In this document: piece by piece, positions 12,963-25,804 of the stretch | How positions within the stretch are numbered: position 1 is the first letter of the stretch | How the letters are laid out: the number at the start of each line of letters is the position of its first letter | NCBI GenBank assembly: GCA_051294375.1 | Contig: CM119271.1 | Coordinates: 7,131,632 to 7,195,631 of the forward strand | Length of the DNA stretch: 64,000 nt | Reading direction: 5' to 3' | Origin: Paraspadella gotoi | Lineage: Eukaryota > Animalia > Chaetognatha | Translations under genes and position numbers: made by a program | Notes under the pieces: model-generated | Told to the model about the DNA's origin: nothing | The model's input: only the letters and a program-made list of their open reading frames with translations | Database searches by the model: none

Positions 12963-14956
12963 ATATCTCATTTCATCTATTCCAACACATTTTAGCATAA
13001 TTCTCAGTTTGCAATGAAAATTTTAATTTTTAAAAAAAAAGTTTTCTAAACTGTTTTGATATCTTAAACAAAACATACAAATAACTAAATTAGTTAGTAA
13101 ATTGATGGGTCAATCTGCGTATCGAATTAAAGGTAAGTCCAAGCGGATTAAAACTCTGTCCTTATTTTTCTCTATGGAATATTCTTTCCATATGAGATCA
13201 GACCCAAATAACTTACCTTTTAAAAACCTTGAAAAAAATGATTCATGACAAAAAAATTGAAATACCTTCCGTTTAAAAAAAATTATTTTTATAGCATTTT
13301 TGGTATCGAGATAAAGATCAAGTGGATTTCAAAAATGTTTTTGAATTTAAATTATCATTATTAATAACCGATTTACACGGGTGCAAAGTTTGAACTATTG
13401 TCCTATAAATATTTTTTTTACTTTTTGAGTATCAACTTAAGGCTAAGACCAAGGGGTTTCCAAAAAACATTATCGATTTTAGTCTACATACAACGGATTT
13501 CAGGAAATAAATACCCAAATTTATTTCCAAAAGAGCGCGTGGACCCTTTATACTGTATAGTGTATAATTCACTAAACCAAGCCTTACCTTTGTCCAGGCA
13601 TATTATTGTAAAATGCTTCCCTGAATAAAATGCCAAAAGTTTCCATATATTAAACCTATACCGCACCTATTAATATTTTGTTTCGTACTTATATATAAAG
13701 ACTTAAGTATTTTATAATTGTATTTCATGAAGATTTCTATGATGATTAAGAGCCGATTTAAAATAAATTGTTACATCAGCACATTTTTAACAGTATTTTA
13801 TACTTTTAAATGATAATTTTGAATCATAAAAACGTATAGTATAGGATTCAAAACTAATTGTTAAGGAAAATAAAAGTATTTAGAAAGCCTATTAACCAAA
13901 CGTGAAAAGTTTACTTTTCGTTTGGCGAGAGGCAACGCGACGACTTTTATATATAGACGCAGATTCACCAGATGATGGCGGAGCGATCCGGGTTTTGCTA
14001 ATTTTGTTAAAATAAACAGTTTTTTTATCATAGTGTACCTATGTGATATTTAAAAATCTGAGGATTATTTTTTTTTACATTATCTAATTTTTCATTTATA
14101 ACAACAACATGAATTTACTTTTAAAACATTGATAATTCTACCAGGAAACAATAGATTATTTTACCTATTTAAGCTCATTTATTTATCTATTTAAGCCTGA
14201 TAACAATTAGAGGGGACAATGTAATTTCTTTTTCAGTCTCTACATCAACTACTTCGTCTGTATCTAAGTTTATAATAACTCCATGGTACAACCATTTCGT
14301 AATTGAGCGCCACATTTGAGAGTGACATACATAACACCATCCTTTGGTATTAAAAATATTTTTATCGACAGTTTTATCATATTTAGTTAAATTTAGTTTT
14401 GAGTTTTATTAAAATAAAATTATCTATTCGTTACAACTAATAGGGTGCAGGAAACATTGTGGTGAACATTAAATTTTTTGAAAAAAGATCAAAATTCCGC
14501 CCGACGTCACAATAAGAAATTCGCAGCTCTCAACCCCCAGCCTCCGATTGGTTGAAAACTCATACTTCTCTACACCATCTACCTAATACGGAGAACTCGC
14601 CTTCCCTGTATGTAATCCAAATCAATCGTCACCGAAAACTCGGGCTCGCTTTGGCGTCGAGGTCTGCCGACTTGAAGAACGTCCCTGACATTCGGGGCGT
14701 CGTAAAGGCGAAGGCTGACTTGGGAGGCACGAGACGTCTCTCGTTTTTCGACGCGCGTTAGTACGTCAGCGTCAGTATGAACGACCCGCGTCACGTCTCT
14801 GAACGTGGAAGCCTGAGTCACGCTTCTTGGCGGAAAAATCAACGTGATGACGAACCAATGTAAAAATTTTATTCGTCGAAGGTCGGACGAAACGTTTCCG
14901 ATCATCAGTTTAAACGTGAAACAAGTGAGATGAGGGAGATGAAGAGTTCGAGAAAC

Positions 14957-15008
<52 letters not shown>

Positions 15009-16841
15009 TCGGAAGGAAAATGCGGACCCATTCTTCTCTAAACTCTTTTATTACGTTAAATATTATTATTACTATTTTAGTTTTTATAATTCCTGTTCGT
15101 TTTGGATTCCTTCGATCATTTCGGCCTTCTGGGTATTTGTTATAATTTTTTAGATTTTGGGAAGAGAGAAAGAGAGAAAAAGAGAGAGAGAAAAAAAAGA
15201 GAGAGAGGGGGCAAAGAGATGCCTAGAAAGTCAGATGCTAAGGATACTAAGGACACTTTATGGACACTGTTAAGAAAATATAAGACTAATGCCCTACCAG
15301 TTTCAATGATTTATAAGAATTAGCGATGATCTTTTTGTTATTTTGCTTTGACTCTGAATTGCAGAATTCGAGTCTTTTATTTTTGGTAAGTTAGTGCAAT
15401 CCGAGTGGGTTCAACCTGATTCAATTTTACATCATTGTGGAATCACGGTGGCCAACTGAACTCACAGTCGTCATTGCAGTTTAAGAATTGTTTTTTAGTG
15501 CTTTTTCATGCACATTTTCAGAGTTTGGAGAAATTATTTGTGATAGTTTGTAAAGTTGGTGAATTTATGCGGTTTCAAAGAAGAAGCAGCTTTATATTTA
15601 TTTTTAGCTTCAATTACAAGGTAAAATGTTAAGTTTTTATATTTATTGTTGAGTACTTTGACAATGGTTTTTTAGTATTATTTATTTTCCGCCCAGACTT
15701 CTAACACCTGGGCGCGGCATTACCACCTGGGCACTGGGCATTGCCACCTTGGCTCGGCATTGCCACCCGGATTTGGATTGCTAGCGCCTATAGGTCAGCG
15801 CAGAACAGTTGTCGCCGCCCCTTCGAGCTTCAGCGCCGGCGCCTTCGGTTCCTCGGCGCTATTTTTACCGGACCTGCAACTTTTAGTGCCGAGATTGCGT
15901 GAAGTTAGAATTCAAACGAAGCGTAAGGTTGTATTAACGCCCCTTATCGCGGCGGCCGCCTTTGATTCTGACGGCATTGCGATACAGACACTTTATAGAC
16001 AATTAGTTTTTAAAAATGAAATTTCTTTATTATCGTGTAGAAAGTAGAAAAAAATTTTTTTTAAACTTTTTATTTTAACATACACTTGTTAAAAGTGTTT
16101 TTTGAACGTAATATATTAGTTTTGACAAATTCAGATGACGGTTTTTTTTATGGACAGCTTTATGATATTAATAATTTAATTGGATGAAGTTTCAAAAAGA
16201 ACTTTCATTTATTTTTAATATTAACAATTTACGAATAAACATTTCTTTAAAGGTTTATTTATTTATTATTCATTAATTTCGATTTATCATTGCTTTTCCC
16301 TTCAGCTATCAAGAGTTAATAATAATTTATGAGACGTGTTGCGTCTTGCGCTAAACGACGAGAGAAAGAGTTGTCCCCGACGAAATCTCCTGGCGGATTT
16401 TTTGCGCCGCGAGGATCTCTTCAAACGATTTGAATCTCTTTCATGATCTCAGATGTTAAAGATGTGTTAGACCTGTACACCATCGCCTCTGCCTTTTGAA
16501 AGACTGTTTTTATTTACTCTTTTCATTTCATAGTTATTATATTTAAGACTCGCCACCTTACAGGATGGTACCAATCATCCTCGTCTTGACAATAAGGACT
16601 GGCATGGTCTTAGCGGTTTCGGTTTTCCTATCTTGACCGAATTAGTGTTGTTTTAATTTAAATCACGTTGGGAAACCCAAAAAGGATATAAACAGTTTTA
16701 ATTTTGATTAATTCAATTACATAAATCACGAAGCTACGACGATGTTCGTTTATCTACATTTTCTTCGAGCCTCTAGAGGTCTCTAGGAGTCCGTTTCGTC
16801 TTGTGATCCGTCGAACTCGATTAGTAAAAACTCGACCTAAA

Positions 16842-17056
16842 ATGAATTGGGCAAAGACAACTATCATCCTTTTGCAAGGAATATCTTTTGTCGTAGCCAA
16901 AGCCGGCGATGTCGATGTCGTATTCGCATCCGAAAAAGTAGTCTTCACCTGCAGAGCGAAAGCGTTGACGTGGCTGCACTACGCTCGTGGCAAAGGGGCT
17001 GTCACTATCCTATCTATGACCGGACAAGAACGACATCCTAGATTTACGGATCAAAG
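16842..17056 (+). CDS. Variable first exon V1 (signal peptide + N-half of Ig V domain)
   Basis: MNWAKTTIILLQGISFVVAKA-GDVDVVFASEKVVFTCRAKALTWLHY...ERHPRFTDQR; phase-2 donor AG|GTAGTT; motif GAGGTCTCTAGGAG with GTCTCTA at 16779. Confidence 0.8.
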
Positions 17057-17999
17057 GTAGTTAAACTGTTGTTTTCACTGTTATTGCTAGTTCTAGTAGT
17101 GATTAGCCAGCTTCATCGGTAGGTTTTAATTTGATTCTGAAAAGTAAAAAGAGATTCTGAAAAAGGATTCCCGCGGTCACTAAACGTGCGCAATCACGTA
17201 GGCTCTCCGTATTCCAGATATTTTTATCTGTTGATGAATTGGCTCGCATCCAATCTGCCAAATTGAAAATTGTTTGGGAAACCTGCTTCGGCATTAAATG
17301 GTTCTCTGATGAACATTCATACATGCATACATTCTTCAACTGGCCTATTGTTTGCAAACTTTGCATGGTTTAATATTTCAATAGTTACCTTATTAACTTA
17401 TTCTCACTTATTTAACTTATTTTTATTATCTTATTCACTCTTATTCTTATTTGCTTAAATTCTCTGTCCACTGTCTTCCGTTGTCACTTATTTTTCACTT
17501 ATTCTCATTTTGCTTTTAATCTGATGTTAAATGCAACCAAAGCCGTATTCCACATATCATACTATTAAATTTTAAAGTTTAATAAGTAATCCTGGTTGGA
17601 TGTTCATATGATTTATAAAATTTCTACCGCTTGGTGTCTTTAGCTGTTCTGATAGGAGAGGTATTTCGAAAAAGTCTCCCTTCTTTCATCAAGACTGACC
17701 AAATTGAGGATCTACCCATTTATTGATCAAAAGTCGATTGGCTTCAAAGTTCCTTTACCTCATCTGTCATCTTCGTCACTTTCGTCGATAATTTATGTTT
17801 GGCAATAACCAAAGTCTCATGTGGCAGAAAATCAATAAGAAGCTACATACAAGTGACAATGAACGCGACTTTACGTAGGTTAGGTGAAGTGATTTAAAAA
17901 CTCCTTAAAATCTAACTTTACCTTAGTTTTGTACTATGGATAACGGCTATTTTCTATTTAAAAAAACTCGCTGCGTAAAAATTCTGTTGGATTATTCCA

Positions 18000-18293
18000 A
18001 TGTTTTTTTTTTATTTCAATGTAAAATATGTCATAGTAATTCAAAGTATTGCTTTATTGATTGGCTGCCGCGCATATTCAGAAAAGAACGAGATCTTTTC
18101 GTCGATCGTCGTCCGTCGTCCGTCGCTTCGGTCTCTGTCGTCTTCGGGGCTTTACGACCGAATTCGCTTCGTCTGCTCCTCAAAAAGATCTCTCGTCGTG
18201 TGGACCTCGTTACGCTGTCGCCGAACGAACTTGCCAACATTTTGGGCGACTGGTAACGCTAGACACGGCCCGGTTCCGACGAGATGGGGAAGG
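18000..18293 (+). pseudogene. Divergent/frameshifted variable exon V2
   Basis: Hydrophobic N-terminus, then RIRFVCSSKRSLVVWTS...ATGNARH; the 3' end is out of frame and the donor is uncertain. Confidence 0.5.
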
Positions 18294-18593
18294 GTGAAGA
18301 AGAACAGAATGAGGGTCCTTTGGATTTTATTACATGAACTGTACGGTAAGACGATATTAATTTAAAATTTTAGTATAGTTTAAAGCGCTAGGTTCACCTT
18401 GAAATTGCTCTCGTTATGTTCGCATAGCCTCGGGAATCGCTTTATTTGCTTTTTGTTTAGTTTTTCCGCCTACCCCAAGAGGTTATATAGTGGTCTCGCT
18501 CTCGTTTATCGAGCTCCTTCCGATACACAGAAACAACTTTGGCTTTTACAAGAACGTATTTTTCGGAAACTTTTTGTCTCAGAAAGATTAAAT

Positions 18594-18796
18594 ATGAAGT
18601 TGTCTTTGTGGGTAATGAGTCAAGTAACTTTTGCATCGTTCGTCGTGTCTGTGGAATCGCTGACGGTCATTCAACATTCTTTCGTCGATTTTCACTGCGA
18701 TTCAAAGACAGAACCAGTGTGGGAGAAAATGTCTCGGACGGCACACGTAAACTTGGCTTTTGGGGCTAAGAAATTTCCCAATTTTAAAAACGACAG
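18594..18796 (+). CDS. Variable first exon V3
   Basis: MKLSLWVM...VDFHCDSKTEPVWEKMSRTAHVNLAFGAKKFPNFKNDR; AG|GTACCG. Confidence 0.82.
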
Positions 18797-18994
18797 GTAC
18801 CGTATCTTAACAGTCATTAATAATAAATGAGAATAATGATATAAAGGGCTAGCGACATTCCAATTATTTCGGTGGTCCAGTAAACCTTTGGTGTTCGTGA
18901 AATCTAAAACTGTCTAGATTGTATTTGGTTTTTCATGGAATTTTTAATTTCATTTGAAGCATATGAAACTTCAGATAAATTTTTGAAGGCGTGT

Positions 18995-19602
18995 TTAAAG
19001 CGCTAGTTCACCTTGAAATTGCTCTCGTTATGTTCGCATAGCCTCGGAATCGCTTTATTTGCTTTTTGTTTACGTTTTTCCGCCTACCCCAAGAGGTTAT
19101 TAGTGGTCTCGCTCTCGTTTATCGAGCTCTTCCGATACACAGAAACAACTTTGGCTTTTACAAGAACGTATTTTTCGGAAACTTTTTGTCTCAGAAAGAT
19201 TAAATATGAAATTTGTCTTTGTGGGGTAATGAGTCAAGTAACTTTTGCATCGTTCGTCGTGTCTATGGAATCGCTGACGGTCATTCAACGTTCTTTCGTC
19301 GATTTTCATTGCGATTCAAAGACAGAACCAGTGTGGGAGAAAATGTCTCGGACGGCACACGTAAACTTGGCTTTTGGGCTAAGAAATTTCCCAATTTTAA
19401 AAACGACAGGTACCCGTATCTTAACAGTCATTAATAATAAATAGAATAATGGTGTAAAGGGCTCGCGACATTCCAATTATTTCGGTGGTCCAGTAAACCT
19501 TTGGTGTTCGTGAAATCTAAAACTGTCTAGATTATATTGTGTTTTCATGGAATTTTTAATTTCATTTGAAGCATATGAAACTTCAGATAAAATTTTTGAA
19601 GG
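18995..19602 (+). repeat. Indel-rich tandem copy of ~18380-18990 (V3 unit); likely assembly or haplotype redundancy
   Basis: Near-identical to the preceding ~610 bp, with scattered 1-bp indels that frameshift the V3 copy. Confidence 0.8.
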
Positions 19603-19745
19603 CTCCTAATAAAAATAACATTTCAAAAACTTCTTTCGTTTGTATGGACTAAAACAAAAGTTTTTTGCCTACTAAAAATGTGCGGTAGATGTCTATACTG
19701 GTTGTCTTCAGCCATAGATTCACAGGCAAATCTAATCCAAGGAAT

Positions 19746-19955
19746 ATGTCCACCAATTAGCTCATCTAGTTACGTCTTTTTATTATCTGCGACTTCGTTT
19801 CATCAGAGAATATTATGTCGCATTTAAGACAGAAACGTTCTCTGCCTCATGCAAATCATCAATTGTTCCATTTGGATTTGGAATGAAGAAGTGGGAAAAT
19901 AGCCAAACCACTGCTAATACAGGGGCGCTGTTCATGAGGTTTTAAAAGATCAAAG
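19746..19955 (+). pseudogene. Variable exon V4, frameshifted as assembled
   Basis: EYYVAFKTETFSASCKSSIVP..WIWNE...KDQR; AG|GTAATG; motif GATGTCTATACTGG at 19688. The promoter piece is repeated at 22282-22440. Confidence 0.65.
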
Positions 19956-20335
19956 GTAATGTTCATTTCGTTTTTCGCACGTTGGTTGATTATCCTAGCT
20001 CCTTATTCCAAATACAACAAAAACATGTACAATTTTAAAATAAATAGAAGGTAAAATGCAGGTGTTGTAAATATTTCGGTCTAAGAAAAAAAAAAAAGCC
20101 GGGGCGAATTTACAATGTCATGGCTAATAATATATATAAGCTTTTTTATTCCATCATGTCGGGAAAACAAAATTTTAATTTAAACTACAATACACCCAAC
20201 GCAAACGCTTATGCTGGATATGACCGTCAATCAACAAAAATACCTTCGTTCGAGAGAGGTCTCTACTTTGCCTCGTTCCGACTTTCGCCGAGCAATATCT
20301 GTCCTCCCCGAAAATAAGTTATGCTATTTTTCGGG

Positions 20336-21061
20336 GTCTGGTGGTCCTATCACCACAGATGGATTAAAGCTGTTTCTTTCACAGCGCCTCAGTGGCTCAG
20401 TGGAACTAATGCACCATCCCAATGTGCGTCCCTGGTTCGAGCCCTGAGGTTGTCATGTAGAAAGTGGGATGGACCGGGTAACCCGCCTGTAGGCATGGCC
20501 TACTGCCAGATCCAAAGCTCTGGACTACATGAACATGCTGTCTCGCTGTCGCCACGGAGGTGACACCGCTGCGGGTGTGGTGCCCTGTAAAACCAGCCTC
20601 TTCAAGTGGTGAGCCTGACGTGATCCCGAACACGCACCCGGGCATGATAATACTCCTCTGCCCTTGATGTGGTTTGAGTCTACACAGCTGCCACTCAAAG
20701 CAAGGCCACCAGAATGAAGAGAGGTTCAGCGGAGAGACATGCGCTTCATCCCCTGCTTCGTACTCTCATATGCGAGAGTCCTGGGGGCGGCTGTCTGGTG
20801 GTCCTATCACCACAGATGGATTAAAGCTGTTTCTTTCACAGCGCCTCAGTGGCTCAGTGGACTAATGCACCATCCCAATGTGCGTCCCTGGTTCGAGCCC
20901 TGAGGTTGTCATGTAGAAAGTGGGATGGACCGGGTAACCCGCCTGTAGGCATGGGCCTACTGCCAGATCCAAAGCTCTGGACTACATGAACATGCTGTCT
21001 CGCTGTCGCCACGAGGTGACACCGCTGCGGGGTGTGGTGCCCTGTAAAACCAGCCTCTTCA
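20336..21061 (+). mobile_element. tRNA-derived SINE-like element in partial tandem (20336-20792 plus 20793-21061)
   Basis: Pol III A-box TGGCTCAGTGG (20393-20403) and B-box GGTTCGAGCC (20434-20443), flanked by complementary CCTCAG/CTGAGG; ~270 bp directly repeated; GC-rich against an AT-rich background. Confidence 0.75.
20453..20532 (+). ncRNA. Twister ribozyme fold, type P5 permutation (second copy at 20909-20989)
   Basis: P5 TCATGTAG/CTACATGA; P2' GTGG-GA-TGG; TAA-CCC-GC; P3 GTAGGC/GCCTAC; P4 CCAGA/TCTGG; L4 T-CCA-AA-GC. Pseudoknots T1 (CCA:TGG) and T2 (GC:GC) both pair. P2 has a bulge and P1 is minimal. Confidence 0.7.
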
Positions 21062-21094
21062 GGGGATTTATGTCATTTAAAATAACGAATTAAA

Positions 21095-21311
21095 ATGCTA
21101 TTCTTTCTCAAGTCCTGGCTCTTTCTGGTTTTCCCCGCTTGTTCGGCGGCCGATTCAGTTCCTCGATATCTCACTGCCATTCACCGAGAATCGGTTTTGC
21201 TTTTATGTTCCACGCGCCAAACCCAGTTTGGAGTTGGTACGGAAAGGCAAGTGTCATCGCCACGAACTTAGCCATGGGAACTAAAAAGCATCCTCGACTA
21301 AAAGATGAAAG
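21095..21311 (+). pseudogene. Variable exon V5, frameshifted as assembled (paralog of V11)
   Basis: MLFFLKSWLFLVF...VLLLCS..NPVWSWYGKASVIATNLAMGTKKHPRLKDER; AG|GTAGGT. Confidence 0.75.
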
Positions 21312-21798
21312 GTAGGTTGTGGGTTAAGGCATTATCTGTACAGTCTCCGTGAAATTTTCCTACTTGAGATTCTTTCGGGGGACAAATTAGAATCTGATGT
21401 GAATGATGTAAAATTCCGTTGGCGGCACTTTCTGACGATTCCCTTACCTTGCTTACTACACATTTTGATTCACTAGCAAAAGGAACGCTCGATAACATCC
21501 ATTCAGTTGGCTCATTAGGGTTGTACTTGAAACAAGCTGATCCTCAGTATTAATTTATTTATACCTTAAACCTAAAATTATTAACTATTAGAATTTAGCA
21601 ATTTCCTTATTCGAATAAAACAGAACAAAACAAATGATAAAAGTATGTAGAAGAAAGGAGAACTGTTGTAAATTTCAAAAAGGTCGACAGATGTCCTTTA
21701 GTGGTCTTCATCATCCATTTCTTGTTTCGTTGGACAATGACAAGTACTTTCATCACTCTTGAAAAACGAACCTAAGATAATTTTTATCTAATCCTATC

Positions 21799-22028
21799 AT
21801 GAATTCGTGGATTTTGATGTTGAAGGTGTTGTCAGTGACTTGTGGTGCCGTGAAATCAACAGCATCGCCAAGCTGCAACAGTTAATTTCGTTTTGATCCA
21901 CGGTGGCGATCTCCGTCTCTATTGTTAAAACTGCGGGAGCGCCGGTCTGGAACAAGTTTAGGAGGGACGGCCTTTCAAATGACTTTGGCCCTAGGATCAG
22001 AAAAACACTCGCGATTCAAAGATGAAAG
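21799..22028 (+). pseudogene. Variable exon V6, frameshifted as assembled (paralog of V12)
   Basis: NFVLIHGGDLRLYC.KTAGAPVWNKFRRD.FQMTLALGSEKHSRFKDER; AG|GTAAAA; motif GATGTCCTTTAGTGG at 21690. Confidence 0.75.
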
Positions 22029-22470
22029 GTAAAAGAGGATTTATACTGCGAAACGTTTTTAGGAGACTGGTACGTAAACTCTTTCTTTCGTTACTCTAAT
22101 CAAGCTTATAAAATTAAGTGTATAATTGACTTTTTAAAAGGACATCTTCCTCTTTTTTCAAATTATTTAGTTGAGGCTGTTTTGTTTACTTCTTCTCCTT
22201 GCATTTATCATCCACTCACATTTTTTTATAAAATAAATTTCATTATAATTTTATGTNNNNNNNNNNNNNNNNNNNNNNNNNTAACATTTCAAAAACTTTC
22301 TTCGTTTGTATGGACTAAAACAAAAGTTTTTTGCCTACTAAAAATGTGCGGTAGATGTCTATACTGGTTGTCTTCAGCCATAGATTCACAGGCAAATCTA
22401 ATCCAAGGAATATTGTCCAACCAATTAGCTCATCTAGTTTAAACTAAACTTTATATCAATTTTAACACAA

Positions 22471-22522
22471 TTGCTCTTTTTATCTCTTTTAAGACAAGAT
22501 GTCTCTACTGGTTTATGTCAGT
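22471..22522 (+). promoter_or_regulatory. Representative copy of the conserved element upstream of the variable exons: TTGCTCTTT ... GATGTCTCTACTGG-N6-TCAGT
   Basis: Recurs in the same orientation, mostly ~50-110 bp upstream of the ATG, before at least 25 variable exons; TC(A) falls 17 nt after the G of GTCTCT in most copies checked. Confidence 0.75.
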
Positions 22523-22569
22523 TTGCTACTATTTGGTTCCTGTTGCTGCTGACTTCATTAATAGAGACA

Positions 22570-22781
22570 ATGAAACAAATAATCTTATCTAAACATTTGG
22601 TCATTTTCTTTTACTTGATATCATCATCGCTTTCTGAGAAATTATTGACAGTTCTTCGTGATGATTCTGTGGAATTTAAATGCCAATCAAAGTCAAGCCC
22701 AGTTTGGGAACAGCAACTTAAAGATACTAATAAGAATCTAGCATTTGGCGCGGAAAAACTATCTGGCTTTCAAAACTCAAG
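22570..22781 (+). CDS. Variable first exon V7
   Basis: MKQIILSKHLVIFFYLISSSLS-EKLLTVLRDDSVEFKCQSKSSPVWEQQLKDTNKNLAFGAEKLSGFQNSR; AG|GTAAAA; GTCTCTA at 22501. Confidence 0.88.
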
Positions 22782-23195
22782 GTAAAAATCAAAACTTACA
22801 ATATTAAAATTACTCATAGAAAACTGAAAAGAACGTTTTTGGGCCGGGTTTTTGTAGTTTAGCTCGAACTGGTTGCAAATTTTTTTACTTTTTTTTCTTG
22901 TGTCTTGTAAAAATATATTTTTAAATTTTTTTTCTTCTTTTTACCCTCACCGACATTGATTAATCTAATATGTCAGATCAACGATAGAAGAAAGAGAGAG
23001 TCTTAGAAAAAGACATACTATCGTTTAAATAAGTTACTAAGTAGTAGAGGAAAAAATTTGTAGTGAGAAAAAAGAGCATTGTTCGTTTTTTCTTGAGCAG
23101 ACGCTCGCTTGGAGTCTCTAGTTGTGTTGTTCGACTTGAACAACCCTCGCATTTTCATTGATTACTGATTATTGATTACTGATGACGATTTAAAA

Positions 23196-23416
23196 ATGCG
23201 TCTACTTTTGAATATAATACTTTTAGTCAACATCTTTATTTGTGTGTACTCCATTTCAAAGAAGGAATACACTACGGCTTATCGTGGAAATAATTTCTTG
23301 ATCAATTGCGCCTCTGCCGGTCAAATGGTTGTATGGAGTTGGTACGGACGGTCGAGCGAAATTGCAAAAACCATTGCCATAGGGACGAAAGCGCATAAGC
23401 AGCTGGATGATAACAG
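23196..23416 (+). CDS. Variable first exon V8
   Basis: MRLLLNIILLVNIFICVYS...FLINCASAGQMVVWSWYGRSSEIAKTIAIGTKAHKQLDDNR; AG|GTTTAA; GTCTCTA at 23114. Confidence 0.88.
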
Positions 23417-23905
23417 GTTTAACATAATTTAAAAGAAAAAAAATTACAAAAATTTTAAACCTGTGATTTTTTTCGGTCTGAGTTTTGGATATGAGTGGAT
23501 TAGTGGTGAGAGAGAGAATATTGAATATTGAATATTGAAAGCAAAAGTGGGGCTTGAGCCTCAAGTTGCCTCAAGTTGAGCCTCAAGTTGAGGCCAGTGT
23601 TTTACACTGCCTTTAAAAGCTACGTGTTTTGAGAATTACTACTCATATAATAGATGAAGAATGATGTATTCTAGACTAGCTATTCTTCTAGTTTAGCAGG
23701 TGTGTGTGCACTCTTCTGCTAATTCGCAAGTTTAAACATTTTAGCTCTTGTCAGAGAGAGAGAGAGAAGAGGAGAGAGAGAGAGAGAGAGAGAGGAAAGA
23801 AGAGAGGGAGACTTTGGGATTTTAAGTTATCAGGAGGATGTCAAAGAAATTTGATACAACCGAATACTGCCTTGTGAACAGGGTAGGGATGTGTAAATCT
23901 TCCAT

Positions 23906-25804
23906 CTCACTTACTTAATTACTGTGTCAACACTGCTTTTAAATTCAAGTTTCTCTCACGATTCTACTATTATAAATGTAGCCCATTGTTTACTTAAGGG
24001 AATAATTTTGAACATATTCAATGATTAATATATATATATATATATATCAATTTTTATTCAGAAAGCGGGTGCGCAAGACCATATCTCGTTCTGAATCAAA
24101 AGTTGTCTTCTGTTTACAACTCTTTGGGCCATAAGCAGATGTCTTAGTGTGTCTAATCAATATATTTTGTATTGAATAAAAAAGAAAGAAATGAACGGAA
24201 AAATGAATACCCCGAAGAGAATCTCCTTTTATCTTCATTAGTGGGAGTGAGCGTTTTTGGAAAATTTCATTATGCCGCACTAGAATTCTTCACAAATTCC
24301 TTTTACAATGCGATGGCTTAAAGAAGCGCCACTTGGGAGTGGACTGTCCGAAAAACGGAAAACGTAAACATTGGGCAGTTGCGAATTAAACGACGAATGT
24401 CGTTCAAAGAAAAAGGTTGACATTCTCAAAAAAAACATTTTGGTAGGATGATAAAACTGGGATTGCTTTTTCCACCCTGAGTGCTTTCAACCTAAAATTG
24501 GGCCTTCTAGTTATCACAGAGGGCGAAATGGAATGCAATTTGTTATGCGATCGGAAGTGTCTGACTTAGCTTGTGCGACTGCTTTAATGCTCAAGCCCAC
24601 CGCCACTTCATCCGTCACGATATTACATTATTGGCATTAAGTCTTAATACTAAATGTACAACCAAATTAGTAATCTCTCATATCTTTAACCATACGTTAA
24701 TATTTAAAGAAAAAAAGAAAAGAATAGAATGAGAAAAAATGAAAGAATTAGAAATATGGGTTTCAGCTCGCCGCTGAATTTTGTGTCTATACGCTTAGAT
24801 TTAGACCTTTATTTTGTTTTAACTTCTTAGGAATGAGGGTCTCTGCTAGTTTTAATCATAGCGCGTGCGGTAAATGTTGACAAATAGTTAAGCAAAAATG
24901 GACTATCTTCTTCTGTTTTTCGGTCTTCGTGTTTTGTTTTAACTCGATTAAGTGATGGGCTATGGTTCAAACTAATTATGTGGTAATTGCTCATATATAG
25001 TCACGGGTTTTCAATTGCAAAGTCAAAAACGCTTTGCGATTTGGGGATGGTAATGGGAAATCGGGTGTAGCGTAAAAAATGCTGCGCCAGCGGCGACACA
25101 CTACACACGTCGGCACGGTCAGGTTGTAAAGACGTAATAGGTCGGTATATTCAAGTTATTATGTATTTCGATGTACGAAATGCACTGATATTCTGTAAAA
25201 AAGTATTATGTCGCGTTTAAAACCAAAAATTTTTACGCCAAGTGCAAATCGACAATCACACCAATTTGGTTTTGGTAAAAAGGGAATGGAAAAGTTGCAA
25301 AGCCTCTTGCTACAGGAGCTAACGTTCACGAACGTTTTAAAGATCAACGGTAAAAATATGTAGTAAATTTGTTTATATTATCGTTTTTCTTATCATATGA
25401 ATTTTAAAAATATTGTTTAAAATATTCTTTGAGTATTTAAAGTTTTAAATTAAGACTCTAAAGAAAAAAAATATGATAATTTCGACCGCCGTTAAAAAAT
25501 GTTTTACAAAATTCTTAAAACAATTATTCCTCTTGAATTAGAAACGCGTTTTACTTTTATATTGGTATGTTATCGTTCGCAAAAAAAACAACAAAAACAA
25601 ACGAATAGTATTTCTTGTAATGGGCAACGAACTGAAAAAGAATATTTTCAATTCCGAACCAACAAAACACAACTTCTGAGAATTTTCGCTAGGTGTCATT
25701 ACATGGCTCGTTCTACTCTAACCCGCATATTTAGCTATCATTAACGGTAAGGGAAATTGCTTTCTGTTTCACAAAATTTTCCCAAATTTTCTCAAAATGC
25801 TTTT
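23906..25804 (+). repeat. Error-rich second copy (alternative haplotype or read) of 25815-36481 lacking three insertions; contains noisy copies of V9, V10 and the start of V11
   Basis: Colinear similarity to 25815-26741, 30929-31538, 34635-34680 and 36229-36481; ends at an N-gap. Confidence 0.8.

Noticed and set aside
15704-15772. Four ~19-bp CACCTGGGC..GGCATT repeats as a CRISPR-like or coding unit
   Set aside because: No unique spacers, eukaryotic context and no supported reading frame; a short minisatellite.
20386-20449. Functional tRNA gene
   Set aside because: A and B boxes are present but there is no proper anticodon arm or cloverleaf, and it is embedded in a repeated element.
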